The translations under genes were made by a program, and so were the position numbers. A DNA stretch of 64,000 nt, taken from contig CM120646.1 in assembly GCA_051362555.1 (NCBI GenBank), positions 18,228,001 through 18,292,000 of the forward strand, read 5' to 3'. Origin of the DNA: Lingula anatina. Lineage: Eukaryota; Animalia; Brachiopoda. The notes under the pieces are model-generated. The model ran no database searches, was not told the origin of the DNA, and saw nothing but the letters and a program-made list of their open reading frames with translations. Shown piece after piece: positions 1-13,600 of this stretch. Positions within the stretch are counted from its first letter, which is position 1, and each line of letters begins with the position of its first letter.

Positions 1-1895
1 ATTATACCCATATATCAACCAACATTCTTCCCACTTCTTCTACCATTTAACACACTATGACATGTTATAATTTACTGCCAAAATATGAGACATTGCAAAA
101 ATAATCTAACTACACCAAGGCAAAATTGCAACCGCTGAAAACGTGGAGGGGTGAAAGCGGGTAACGGGTAACAAGACAAATCAGCTTTTGTTTGACCAGA
201 TTTTTGCTAAGTCATGCACTGCTACATTTCAAAAGAACACCAAGTAGGTAAATGATTCCATTTCTTTTCTAAATACTATCGTTTTTCTGACATTCATACA
301 TGAAGATAATGCGCAACAATCAAAAGTATGTAAAGCATACCATATTTCGACCTTGAGCGTGGTTGTTGGCAAAGGTGAGCGAACGAGATTTTGCGAGATC
401 GTGGTGGTCCAAGACAAGCCAAAATCGATTTTTTGCTTATCAAGTACAAAGTTGTGTATTTTAAAACACGATATTATATCTCGTTATATCTACTGTTATG
501 TTTGATATCATATATTTATACCCCCCCCCCCAAGAAAAGAAAAAAATCTTCCACTGCTTCGTGTAACAAAATCTCTGTATAGATTGAAAATGTTACATTT
601 TGTGGACAAATAAAATAATAAATCGGGGGAGAAAGGAGAAAGAAAAGAAAAAAAATACAGGTTGTTAGATCTGAAGAAGGCCGACGAGAAAAGGAAGGGC
701 TGGAATTGATAAAATTAAGCGCTTTTGTAATGTTATTTAAAGATACATACAAAGTCAATTTTTTGTCATAAAAACTAACCAAATGCCAGCATATAGTTTC
801 AAGTAGTATAACTAAGAGAATTACCAAAAGGCATTGTTTAATTTTACCCGAAAGTGATGTTTGAACAGATTTTTCTGCTAGCATTCTATGCTGTATGTCA
901 ATGGGGCAGAAAAGTAGGTCACAAAAGTAGGTTAAATTGACAACCAAAAATTTAAAGAAAGGAGCACTCTAAAGCCCTTTTATGGCTGATCAGGTGATTT
1001 ATTCAGTTTATCCCTTGGCATGTCGAATTTATTAGAGTCATATAAGAAACTAGTAGAAGTGGTTTACATGTTTTACTGGGAATCCACGCTCCACCGATGC
1101 TCGGTTCGTATGTAGCCTACCTTTAATGCCATACTTTTAAAAACAAATGTAAAAAAATTATAAAATAAAAATTGATTTTCATTGAAATCTTTTCAGGCAA
1201 TAGACCTACCTACTAGTAAATGTAGGCCCTATATAGGCCTATATTTTCCCTTTAGGATCTGTATCATGACCGCAAACTATTGACAAATTATAAATGATTT
1301 ATAAATCTTTGTTTGTCTTCTAAGTTGCTCAAGGAGGGGGGGGGGGGCATCCAAGAGGGTGACCCGAATAACTTTTTTTTTTTTTTTTTTTTTGCGAAAA
1401 TAAACTTGCCACAGATGGCACGCGTAAATTTGTGAAGTACAACACAGATGTTGCAAAGCCACTGGCGTTGCAGCAGACTTGAAAAGATGATGTTTTTATC
1501 ACCGATGGCCCTTCCTCCCTGTGTAAATTAGTTGCCACAGGTGGTGTGACAATTTGTTCTAGAATCACATTTTTCTTCACAACCTACAGACCTTCTAATT
1601 CAGTCTAAAGCTTGACTGTCGCGTTCTCGTATGCTTTGCCTTGGAATACATGTTAAATGCGCATAGGGGCCTGCAAGTATACTTTTGAATTTTTCCTAGG
1701 AAAAAAAAAACAATTACAGCTTATTTTACCAAGTTTCATACAGCGGCTACGTGAGGCTGCACTAGGACGTGTAACCCAGGGTGAAAATGTTGTAATTACA
1801 TGACAAACGTATGTCGTCCATGACGTCCCTCCCAAGTCCAGTTGCGACTGAACTAGAGATGCGCTAACAAACGCTCGGAAAGAAAACGCTAGCAA

Positions 1896-4489
1896 ATGGC
1901 AACAACGATGGTTACTCTGTTTCACGCTTTTCTGATTATTGGAGGCATTACTACATTTCCTGTCGTAGGTAAGAAAATTATTTATAACAAAGACGGAAAT
2001 TGTAATATCAGTTACTAAGGACAAGGGATATTGTAAATGGAGATGAAGGGATACACTAAATAGGCCTACTAGTAAGTACTAGTAAGTATCCATACTCAAT
2101 AGAAAACAAGTTTTTGCTTTGTTTAGAAATCATGACTAGGCCTTATGTGAGGAAATGAAAGTCGAATTTATGCCAAGCTTTAAATACATGAAAAGATCAG
2201 ATATGTAAATTCAACTTGTAGAAATAGCCGCCTCACGTAATCGCATTAGAGAATAATGATGGATGCCTCAGAAGTCGGTTTTTGAAGTTTAACAAGGCGT
2301 ATACATGTTTTGAGCAAACATTTCTTTATAATAAAGTAAGATTTATAATGTGCGCAGGTCAGTTAGTGCAAAGCAATTAGTGATAAATGATTATGCTAAC
2401 GGGCTGTACTTTTCAATGCTAAAAAAGTCACAGCAATGTGCACTGAATATTATGTACCATGTCAGTGGAAATTAATGATATGGTCAACTATTTTAGCATA
2501 ACATATTCTTCTATTCTGCTCCGGTTTTCATGGGTGTATATACGATAAATATAGCCTACTGCGAAAACAATGAAATTTAAAAAAAATATTTGTCAAATAT
2601 GCAATCATCAGTATTGACCAGACAACCACTTTCAATGCTATTAATATATGATTCCAACATTGTAGAAGTTAATTTTTATTTCTCTCTGCAGCAGAGTCAA
2701 TGAATATTTATTTATTTATTTCATTGTTTGCTTGTTTGTTTACCTATTCATTTACTTCTTATCTCTAGTCTCATAATCTCTTTTGCATTTCCAGTGTTAT
2801 CCGTAGATTGCTACATGTGTTTTAATAGCCGTCTAAATGCCTGGGCCCAGGAGAACTGCCCAGGTAACGGCTTTGTTAACACCGAGCTCCTGACTGCCAG
2901 CTACTGTAGCGGTCTATGCTTTATTAGGAGGGATAAAGGCAATCCAGAAGGTAAACGTAATATGGTCTCAAAAGTTATCCCAAATTCGATCTCGTACCAG
3001 TATACCCCCAGTAATTCTGCTATATTATAATTTATGTTAATCCGTTTTTTATGTCTGATTGTAGATTCAAAGAACTAAAAAAAAAAATAATAAAAATAAA
3101 TAAATAAATAAATAAATAAAACATGATAGAATGCGTTTCCAGTGTTCTATGCGATTAAGCACGGTTCTAATGAATTGGAACTTTATAGAATAAGATTAAA
3201 TGTCGCCAAAATAATAATTCTTAAAATATGGCGGTTTATTGATAAATATATAATAACAGATGAAAAAATCTGTAAAAAAAGAGAAATCGATTATCGCCAA
3301 ATGAGTTAAAGGGGTAGATTAACCGGGGCGTTTTCGGGATATTGATTTTAAAAAGAACACAATTTCCTGGCCTCCTAGGAATTTCTAATGCATATCAACC
3401 AATAATACGTGTCAAGTTAAAAAAAAAACAGTATGTACATCCTATTACCTAGAAAGCTCCATTTATTACAGTTGTGTTCCGTGGTTGTTCTCTGGGGTTC
3501 TACCTCCCTGATAGAGTGATGGAACCCGGATGTAGAACGTACAACGATCAGACTTGGTGTATGTGTGACAGCGACGGCTGCAATGGAGGACCAATGAGTA
3601 AGCATGCTTCTCGCACCGCATTTTAATAAAAAAAAATTTAATGTGTACGTTGCCAAAGAGGTGCACGCCTCAAATGTGTATTCTTCTGCAGATGACAACC
3701 GCTAAACAAAATGAAACAGCGTTAAATCATACTCATGTCGTTTTTCATTTTTCGTTTATATCTACATGTATTTATTTTATTTATGAATGAAATAAAACTT
3801 TGCTGCACAAACATAATTTTGTTTCTTCGTATTCTCTTTGAACATCGCATTCACTAAACGTGCCCTTCTACCGTTGACCCAGGTAAAATATAAATAACGT
3901 GGTGCCATGCCTAGATTGATCTCTGCATGTAACATCAGGTCAATTAATGTCATTTTGACTTCTGTCTGTTCCAGTCCCAAAAGATGAGATGACACTGGAT
4001 TCTTGGAGAGGATTGATAATAAATAAAATTTCTAAACCACGTGGCCTAGAAATCCTGGACGAGCTAAAATCCGAGACGTGGGCACACAAGCATGGAACTT
4101 ATCCCTTCAAAAGTAAGACACATCCTAATTCACTTCCAACCGACGTCATTTCCCCTCCTTTGAGCGCACCGTTTCACAGTGAATACATGCCTCCTCATTG
4201 GATGACAGGTGATACACGTGACAACCGTTTCCAAGGCAACGGACACATCATTGACCACCAAATTGGCAGCATTCGGAACAAAGCGTATATGGAAACAAAG
4301 CTTGGAACTGACAAATATGCAAAATTTCTAGATGGATACTCAAGCGATTCCAAGAGACCGCCAGTATACACACCGCCCTACGGTGGAAAAACAATTCATG
4401 ATCAACCTTCAAACAGCGAAAATTGTCTTCGGTCAATGGCGATAGTGTCCTACTTAGGAATAGTTACCGCACTGTTTTCTGTTTTTTAG
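1896..4489 (+). CDS. Ly6/uPAR three-finger (quiver/sleepless-like) protein, probably GPI-anchored, ~289 aa, 4 exons
   Basis: Exons 1896-1968, 2795-2950, 3472-3597, 3975-4489; all introns GT-AG and phase 1; total 870 nt. Signal peptide MATTMVTLFHAFLIIGGITTFPVVV. Ten-Cys LU domain (VDCYMC..ENC..YCSGLC..VFRGC..PGC..WCMCDSDGCN). Hydrophobic C-terminus MAIVSYLGIVTALFSVF*. Confidence 0.82.
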
Positions 4490-5587
4490 TTTTTTTTTAG
4501 ATAATGCGGGACAGTTTAGTTGCATTAAGCAATGTGGATTAACTTTATATAATTAAAAATTCGATTTTTGCGAAATATCCGATATAACGTACAGTAGCGA
4601 GACAAGCTGTAGATTTTTAGTTTCATTTCATCTTATTACATCATTAATTTAAGTCTACATATTTAACAAAATTGTAAGTAAAGCAAGACTTACTGTTCAA
4701 ATTATTTATTGCGAAAATTTCTAAGGAAACCGTTTACTTAGCTGAAGCCAGGTTGCATTTTTTTTTTTCAGAAATCTTGCGATCCAGTCGTGAAACTTTC
4801 GTGGATAAAAGTACCTTGTAATAAAACAAAAACTTTTACAGTAGGGCGTGACCACCTTTGGCCTACAAATAGCTTTTTGCGCTAATTTTTAATCAATATT
4901 ATTATTACAATTATCATCATTATTATTGATGTATCAAGTATCATCCAACTGATCAAAACTTATTTTTGAATTGTACTGTATATGGAATTGTACACGCTCA
5001 CCTGATCACAGACACACATGCGATGCATAGCAAATGTGCTGCCACATGTACCGGTCTAGGCTAATAAGGAGCAAACAATATGCTATGCCAACAACATGTC
5101 ATGTTTCGTTTAGATTAATCATCGGCTGGTGCATGTACGTGTTTGGATTTAAAGACTTGTTCGTCTCTCCAAATTGCAGCTCGTTTATTTGTCATTTAAT
5201 TTTGATCTTAGAATTCATGTAACGATTCTTCAATTTGGACTTAAATTCCACAAATGAACAATTGCATATTTCACTTTTAAAGCAACATATCGTTTAGATA
5301 GTAGTGTTGTGACTACTGAGGTAAATGTTTTTCCGTCTTGATAACATATTTGCCTTTCATGTGAAAATAAAATAAAATTTCTAACAAGTCATTTGTTTCA
5401 AAACGCAAAGCCGTTTTAGTTTTTCTTTTTATTCTTTTAATTGGTGCGCATGTATATAGTAATATTCATACCCGTGACAAATTATGTATCTATTTGCTCT
5501 AGAGAACCAGTCCCGTATTACCTGACACGAAGAAATAACTGTATGTATGTGCCAGTTGTATATAGGGATAAAATAAATAGGCAGTCA

Positions 5588-5588
<1 letters not shown>

Positions 5589-5633
<45 letters not shown>
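5589..5633. repeat. poly(A) tract
   Basis: ~45 consecutive A in the intergenic region. Confidence 0.9.
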
Positions 5634-5635
<2 letters not shown>

Positions 5636-7614
5636 GCAGATAAGTGGAAGTATAGATTTAGTCACCTGCTGTTAATGCGAGGTCGAAGACTGCGTTTACA
5701 CTAAGGTACATCGCTCGATCGCCCCTTCCCCTCCCCTAAAAAGTTGCCCCACCTGTCCAGTCCAGTGCCTTTTTCTAGGGAGATTCAAGTTGGGGTTACT
5801 TGGCTCAGCTTGCAATAGAACCATTGACATTCCAAAGTAAGGGCTTTTTTACCTTCAAACACAACCTGAACTCTACCTCAGCATAAATGTTTGATGTACT
5901 ACAGCTGCAAATAGATGTACACCCAAAATACAACACGGAAAACTAACAACCAGCTGTTGCCATAATGTTATGTCTTCGTCTATGAAGCAAAACTTAGACT
6001 GGAACACCTTAAATGTCATGTTGACAGCCAAGTTGGACCCCACTATCTTAGTGCAGCACATCTCAACGGGTCATCTGATTTCACTATAAGCAGCTAATCC
6101 AATCCCTCAGTTGTCCCACCCGCAGCCACCACAATGTTGAACCCTGCAATATGTCCAATTATGAGTAGTTTAACCATAATTTTATTATTTGGCAACGAAA
6201 GGTGTTGATAAATGTCTTACCAACCAAAGCACTAAAATACCACCTGTGTTGTGGTTTGAGCAGACAAACAAATCAGTACCCAAAGATTAATCAGTCTCGT
6301 GACTAGCAGGATCTTATTACACACCTTCAGCTGCAGAACAGGTAATCAACTCCTCTCTATGTGTTTTGAACCCTACTAGCTAGAACTACTGGTATCTATG
6401 CATGACCAATCCCAAACGGCAGACTACCAATTTTGATTTTAGAAAATGTTTTTCATTGGTCATCTGCTTTAAAATAACAATAATAACTGTTATAGAGATT
6501 GTGTACATGTAGTTTGCTAAAACCTGATTATCATACAATGCAGTTACCTGTATATATGGCATCAAATATAAAAAGATGTTTAAATATAAAGAGAGATCCA
6601 TAACAATTATGCCAGATGCACGCCACTGATGAATACCACTATGTCAAGTGGTAACTTGTGCATATCTAGCATTATGATTTTATGTGTTAATAAATATGTA
6701 ATATAAAATTAATATAAATTGTATAAAAACAAGTCTGTCAGTATGAACAAAATGGCACACGGAGTGTGACAATTATAATATTTTGTTACAATATCACGTA
6801 CTGGTAACATTCAGAGGACAGGGGAGATATCCCATTCACTAATGTTTTCTGGGTCTGCCAGTTTTCTTCATGATCTTATTTGGGTTGTCTCTGACAATCT
6901 TTGATTTAATTAAGCAGATGTGTTCTGCAAAAATTCTAGTTTTAAATTGGAAAACTAGCAGAAAATGTTGAACTTTCTAACTTTCCTTATACTTTTTAAC
7001 CCAAGTCTCAAAGATAAATAATGATATTTATAACAGTAAGTTTCACATAAAATGTATATCATGGGGACAAGGACAAACAATAAATATAAAGTAGAATTTC
7101 ACACCAATACTTTGAGTATAACAATATGACTTCCACCCTAAAATATAAATGATTACAGTATATATAAGATTGCAGTAATGCAAATGCAGATGTGGAACAC
7201 GTCAGATAACAAATCAACAACAATTAGGCAGCAAAAGCTGTCAAATGTGCAGACATGTACTTGTACCAAGGCTACTTTAATTGCACCAACAAGCCTCAGT
7301 GGCTGCAACAGAAAAAAAAAATACAAGAACCTACCCATATGCATTCATTGGTATACAAGTCATCTTTTTAAAATTTTGTATATAACTTAGGAGAATCAAC
7401 AGACTAGTTATGTGCAACTGATGTTGTCTAAAAACACAGTTATATGGTAATATTAAAACCACACTAAGCATGTAAATTTGCACGACTCTGTATATGTGCA
7501 TCTTGACATGAAAAATGAATTATAGGCATAAAAATAATAACTGAAAATAGAAGACTAGATATGCTCTTCTAGACTCAATCTAAAATCATCTAATTTCTAA
7601 CCTCCCAGCCTTCA

Positions 7615-10600
7615 TCAAGCAATATTTCTTTTCGACCTTTGTTTTTCTACAGCTCTCATTTTGAGAATTTTATCAGAATCTTGAGTTCCACTGGCCTTAC
7701 TTTCACGACCCTTGTCCTTGTTGTCTAACTGGCCTGTGTCCTTCATTGATACCCTATAGGTCATCTTATGACCAAGCATGGAGTCATCTGAGTGTTGATA
7801 ACCTTTCACATCCAATGCATTCCTGGAGTGGCTAGTTTTATCAGAAACCTGAATATTGTTCTTATGGACTGCCCTTTTCTGACCCTGTGCCTCTATACTA
7901 CTAGACTGCTCTTTTTTCGTTTTGTAGCTTGTAGAATTTGAGCTAACTGGGACATAACCTATGCTGTCATGTTTTCTATCTGCCTTATTTTGACCAATGA
8001 TATCTACCATGGTATTAAGTGCATTCTTAGCCTCCTGAGCTTGATGGAGCATGTTTTCTGCATGCTTTTTAACCTTTAATGGGTTATTCAAATCAGTAGC
8101 GATTGGCTCCTTTTTGTAATTTTGATAAAAAGCAGTTTTCTTCTTTGGTTTCTTATAGAATATCCCAATTATGTAGTCCATAAAAGCATCCAGTCTGGAT
8201 CTCCAAACATACCACTGCACAACAATACCCTGGCCTGGCTCCAGTTCCACTTGGTTTAACTTTATCTTCTGTCCGATGGCCAGTTTCTCTGAAATATTCT
8301 GCCTGGTGTTTTCGATGATGTAGCCTTTCTTGGGGACATGAAACCTGGCAGAGAGTGTGAAGTCAGTCAGGCAAGTCTCGTTGCCAAAATTGATGGCAAT
8401 AAGGTAACTGGAACGAGAGAAAAAAAAAACACATTTTTGTACAATTTTAATATTTATTTTTTGTTAAGAACCATTTTGTTAACCTCCAATAATGAATTCT
8501 TTATCAAATAAAATTCATTTTACTCACAGATTTTTAATAATTTGGTTGCAGCTTTATTTTAGCTTATTTTTATTCATTCTTTAACCTTTGATTACATTTC
8601 AGTTCTATTTCTTTTTACATTCTGTATAAAAAGGGTGAATTGCTGTGGACTTTTCAATCAATACAAAGCAAACCACTTACACTGGTTGTCCCACACTTCC
8701 TGGCCATTCTCTTACAAAGGAGAAGATTTTATCATCAATGATGGCATAGTGGAAGTTGCCATAGAGGAAAGCGTATTCCTGACGTAGTCTGACTAGTGAC
8801 ATGTAGACACTAAGGTGGGATTCTGGGTCCTTTAACTGGTCCTGCAATACAATATCATTAGGCATATCCAAAACTGTACTAAGCAAGAAATGGAAGACAT
8901 TATTCTAAGTACCTTTATTTTTAAAGCCAGCACTTTCTAATAAAATAAATTTTCACACACACACACTCACACACTTACTTCTACAGTATAGCCAGTCTTG
9001 TAGTTTGGATGAACTGGAAGCCAAGCCTTGGAACCATTGCTGTACCCAGCATGGCGGCCACGACTCCACTGCATGGGGGAACGTTCTGGATCACGAGATG
9101 TGTCCTGGAATAATGATTAAAACATTGCATCACAAGTTAAAGATTGGGACAATGATGCAAATATAATCATGATTGCATCCAAAAGAGAGAGTGAGACATG
9201 GCACCTCTTTTATAAAGCAAAATCATGGCAGATTTGGCCTTATTTCATCCAAAACAGAAGAGAAATGGTGCACTAAAATCAACACCAAATTTTTAAAATA
9301 CAGGACCAACCAGTATAATACATATCACTGATGAGAGCAGATACTAATAACATTAATAATAGTCTTATTTTCCATTGGGATTTCTAGGGGTCAATGTGCA
9401 CTTAACATTCCTGGAAAGAGATGTGATGCAAAAGTAACCATGGTGAAAAAAAAATTTGGTGGATAAAAAATGCAAGGAAAAAGTCAGCAAGCTTATTTCA
9501 ATTTTATTTATTATGACTAGTTTGTTTTATGATAAAATTTCATTCAGTGAAAATTTCAGCCAGCCAATATTGTGAGGTACATCAACAACATAATTAGACA
9601 ATAAATACACAAAATGAAATAACAATAAATTAAAATGCAGGGAAAGAGTTTACCCTTCATTACATCAAAATTAAAGTAGGTTCAACATTTGGGCTGCATG
9701 CAAAAGAAATCCAGTTTCAACTCAAAAATGATGATAATACCATCAAAACTAATCAGACTATTGACTCTGAACCAATTTCCCTTACATTAAACATCAGCCC
9801 AAAGGGGTCTCTGATGGGTTGAGGCTGGTCAATATTTTCCATGCCGAGTTCTTCTCCATAGTAAGTTGTGGGAGTCCCAGGAAGAAGCAGCAACAGCATG
9901 TTCAGTGCATTCACAAACTGTGGGCCCATCTTGGTGGCTATTCTGGGGTTGTCATGGTTACCTAACTGAAATAGAGTAAAAATGAACAATAACTGTCATG
10001 GCTTCCAAGCTAAAAAAATCAAATGCCCAACATGTTGATGCTATCAAACTAAAAGTGGGAATTTCATAGTAAAAATTGTCACAGTTACAATGGATAAGTT
10101 TTGTCTTAGTTAATTACTTTGGTCAAAGTGACCCAAAATATTGATATTACAAGTAGCAGCCTCTTTGATACCATTTCGATTCTTGCTGAATACATTTGCA
10201 CACTGTAACAGTAAACTTACTGTTTACAGGATTTTGGTGAAAAATGCAACTGATATATTTCCCTGGAATCCATAACAGTGCCTTCTGTACTTATAAACCA
10301 TCAAACCATCTTTAGTTATAAACTCAAAAAGATAATATAAGCATTCTGAAATGCCTTTCGGACAAAGGCAGCAGTGATTTACAAAATAACCAGCTAGAGC
10401 TGACAAATGTCAAGTTAGCATAAATCAGATGGAGGAAAAAATAGGCAATATGGAAGACTATCACGATCACAAAAAATACCACCCTGCAAACCCAGGGTAA
10501 ATTCCCCCAAGGACTGATGGCAAAAGTAGGCCAAAAATTGTTATCCAAGCTAAGGCAAGCCCGATGTAAATGGGGTATTACCAAAAATCCCAATTCGGAT

Positions 10601-13600
10601 ATAAAAGTATCCACAAAACGTACCACCCAGTTTGCCCAGAAATTCTTCTTCATTTTCCCCATCCAGTCATCTACAAGCTTATACACACAGTTGCCTCCAC
10701 AGGTTCTGTTCAGGAAGATGAGGTTGAAGTTAAATGGGTAATCTGTCCCTTCACAAGTGTACTCTCCATGGAGTCGCATTACTTCTTCTGTCTCACCATA
10801 CGCCTCACCAATTAGGACTCTGTTCACAAATTAGAGACAAAAAATAGTTTTTTTTTCTGTTGTTTGCATGCATTAACATTACAGTTGTTTGTATTAGATT
10901 TCAATGCAGCTCACTTTACACATTACACATAAAAGAAATTTATATAAATGACACAGATAAGCACGTCTTAGAATTTTAAGTAACACCAATTTATAACACT
11001 GTAAGTATCAACAATGATGACATGATAGATAATTCATACATACAAACAAGACAACCAGAGCCCAGTTTTATAAAGGACGTTTAGCACTAACCAGTGTTTA
11101 ACTCTAACCAGACCTAAACAGTCTGTTAGTAAACTGGCCTTTAAATAATTATTTAATCCAGTTAAACACTGGCCAGTTAACTAATTGGCTGTTTTCCGTC
11201 AGAAGACTGTATATGAAACACAATTTAACCATCTTTTAGTTAATGGGTGTTAGGAGAATTTATCCACTGGTTAGGCTTATCCACTGGTTAGTGCTAAACG
11301 TCCTTTATAAAACTGGGCTCAGGACTTTAAGTAAATAATAAAATTCCCATTCCTTTTATCAACAAATGAAGTGGATAATTCATAAACACATTGTCATACA
11401 TTTTTCTCCCATGAAGTTTTCCCCATTCATTGAGCAAGTGGCGCCATCTAGCCACAATGTAGTATAACTCTTGCAGAGATGCCGTCAGGTTGTGTTTAAG
11501 ATATTCGTACCTATCCTAAAAGCGTCAAAATGTAAATTGCAATTTGAAAATTATCACAATAAAAGCTGTATAATGTGACATATGTGTATTTATTTACTTG
11601 ATATGATTCAAAAATGGAATTTTTAGTTTTTGATTTAAATATTGGCTCATTTCAAAAATTATTTTTTGTTGATAATCATGCAGATAACAAGAACAATGAC
11701 ATGAAAATGAAGAGGGATTAAACATAATTATAGGCACTAAGTGTATCCATAAAAAGATAACTGGAAAAAACTCATGATGTATGTAGAGGATATTTTGTAA
11801 TTAACATATGTTAATAACTAAGAAATTCTTATCATTTATCTCTTTTATTCCCCCATTTAAAAAAAAAATTCATAAAAATCTGGTTTGTTGCAAATCACTT
11901 TTTTACACATATAAAGAAGGGAATTCCTGGTGTGGCATTAAAGAGACTTACTGGGTCCAAGTCTGGGTTGTCAATGCTCTCATTCCTATACAAATAGTCC
12001 TCAAAGAGAAACTTAATAGAGTCCACGCGAAACCCATCAACTCCCTTCTCCATCCAGAATTTTAACACTTCCTAAAAGGAAAGTTTCAAGTAAAGAACAT
12101 AAAATTGAAATTAACATTTTGCAAGAGGTCTTTTTCTAATCACGTAAAAATCTAGCTGATGTAAAATTGAATGCAAGAAGACTGCCATATGCTTGGCAGC
12201 CTGAGAAAACAATTTTGAACCAGATGTGGTTTAGCTGTAAACCAATTTGTAATTTTTATTTTTTTAATTTTCTAAGTTTTGATTGCATTTGCATAGTTGA
12301 AATAAAATTGACATATGACATAAAACTGTACAGTGATGTGGCCGAACTAATTCACAGATGATTTTCAAGCACTTTTTCTATGTGAGAATAAACATAATAA
12401 TCACTGTAAAATTCTAAACCCATTCAAGCCCACTTTGCGTTCACTCCAAAGGGCTAATATTCACTTTTTTATTTACAAAAACAGTCTACCTCCATCTCTT
12501 CAATGACTAGAGGGTTCCTGAAGTCAAAGTCTGGCTGAGAGGGCAGAAACTGGTGAAGATAGCACTGTTTGCGCACAGGATCCCACTCCCAGGCAGACTT
12601 CCCAAACAAACTTCTCTGCAATGGAAAACAAGAGGCAACCTGCTACGGAAAATCTTAAAACATAATTTTGGGGTGCAAAATACTTGATGAATACATCAAA
12701 ATCCATCCATTTATATTTTACTAAGATAATGGAAAAATTACTTCACATCGGTGACAAGTCAAAATCAGTTCACCTGAAGGCCTTGCATTGAGGTCAAAAT
12801 GTCATGATTTCCGATTCAATTTAAGTTCCAGGATAAGAATTATTTTTTTCATTAAAAAATAAGTAATACAGACACTCAACACAATTGCATCACTTCCCCA
12901 TAAAGTGAGAGATAGAGAGATTATTAATCACTCATTATTTGCAGTATTTTTTGGGAAATAGCTCTCCTACCCAGTTTGTAGGCACCCAGCTGCCATTTTC
13001 CCCACAGTCCTTCCACACGTAGTAGTAGCTGTAGATATCAGACGAGTCCTTGGCATGGCGACTTCTGATAAACCATTCTGTCTCATTGGAGGAGTGGTTA
13101 GGGATGTAGTCTAGAATCACATACAGGCCTGGATTGAAACAGAAAACTGTTATTTTTAGTAATTTTTTACAGATGTTTTTTGAATTGCTGCAGCTTTAAT
13201 TTTGTAACTGTTGTTTTTCCGTAACAACAACAACAACAACAACAACGATAATAATAATAATAAACAAGCCATTGAAATACCCATTCTTCATTTGTAATTA
13301 AACATGCAAGAGAAGCATGTCTGAAAATAAACATCACACTATCTCAATTCTATTAACATTTTAAAATTACTTTACAATGATCAAATAAAATAACATAACC
13401 AGGACTGAACAAAACAAACTGCATGATTTCATCAATGTTTACATTACTTTTTCACCATTGTGAGATTTCTGACACAACAATTAGCTGCTAAACAGAGGTT
13501 ACAAATAAGAAACAAAACAGAAAATTTGACAAAAAAAAAAAAAAAACATTTTATTGATTTTCCAGAAAAAAAAACTTACCTTTGTCATGGGCCTCGTTCA

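Noticed and set aside
229-2024. Short ORFs of 60-143 aa near the window start
   Set aside because: Low-complexity, homopolymer-driven translations with no domain signature or exon chain.
6060-6142. Possible extra terminal exon on the minus strand downstream of the glucosidase
   Set aside because: Only an AG and a short open frame; I found no matching donor or motif.
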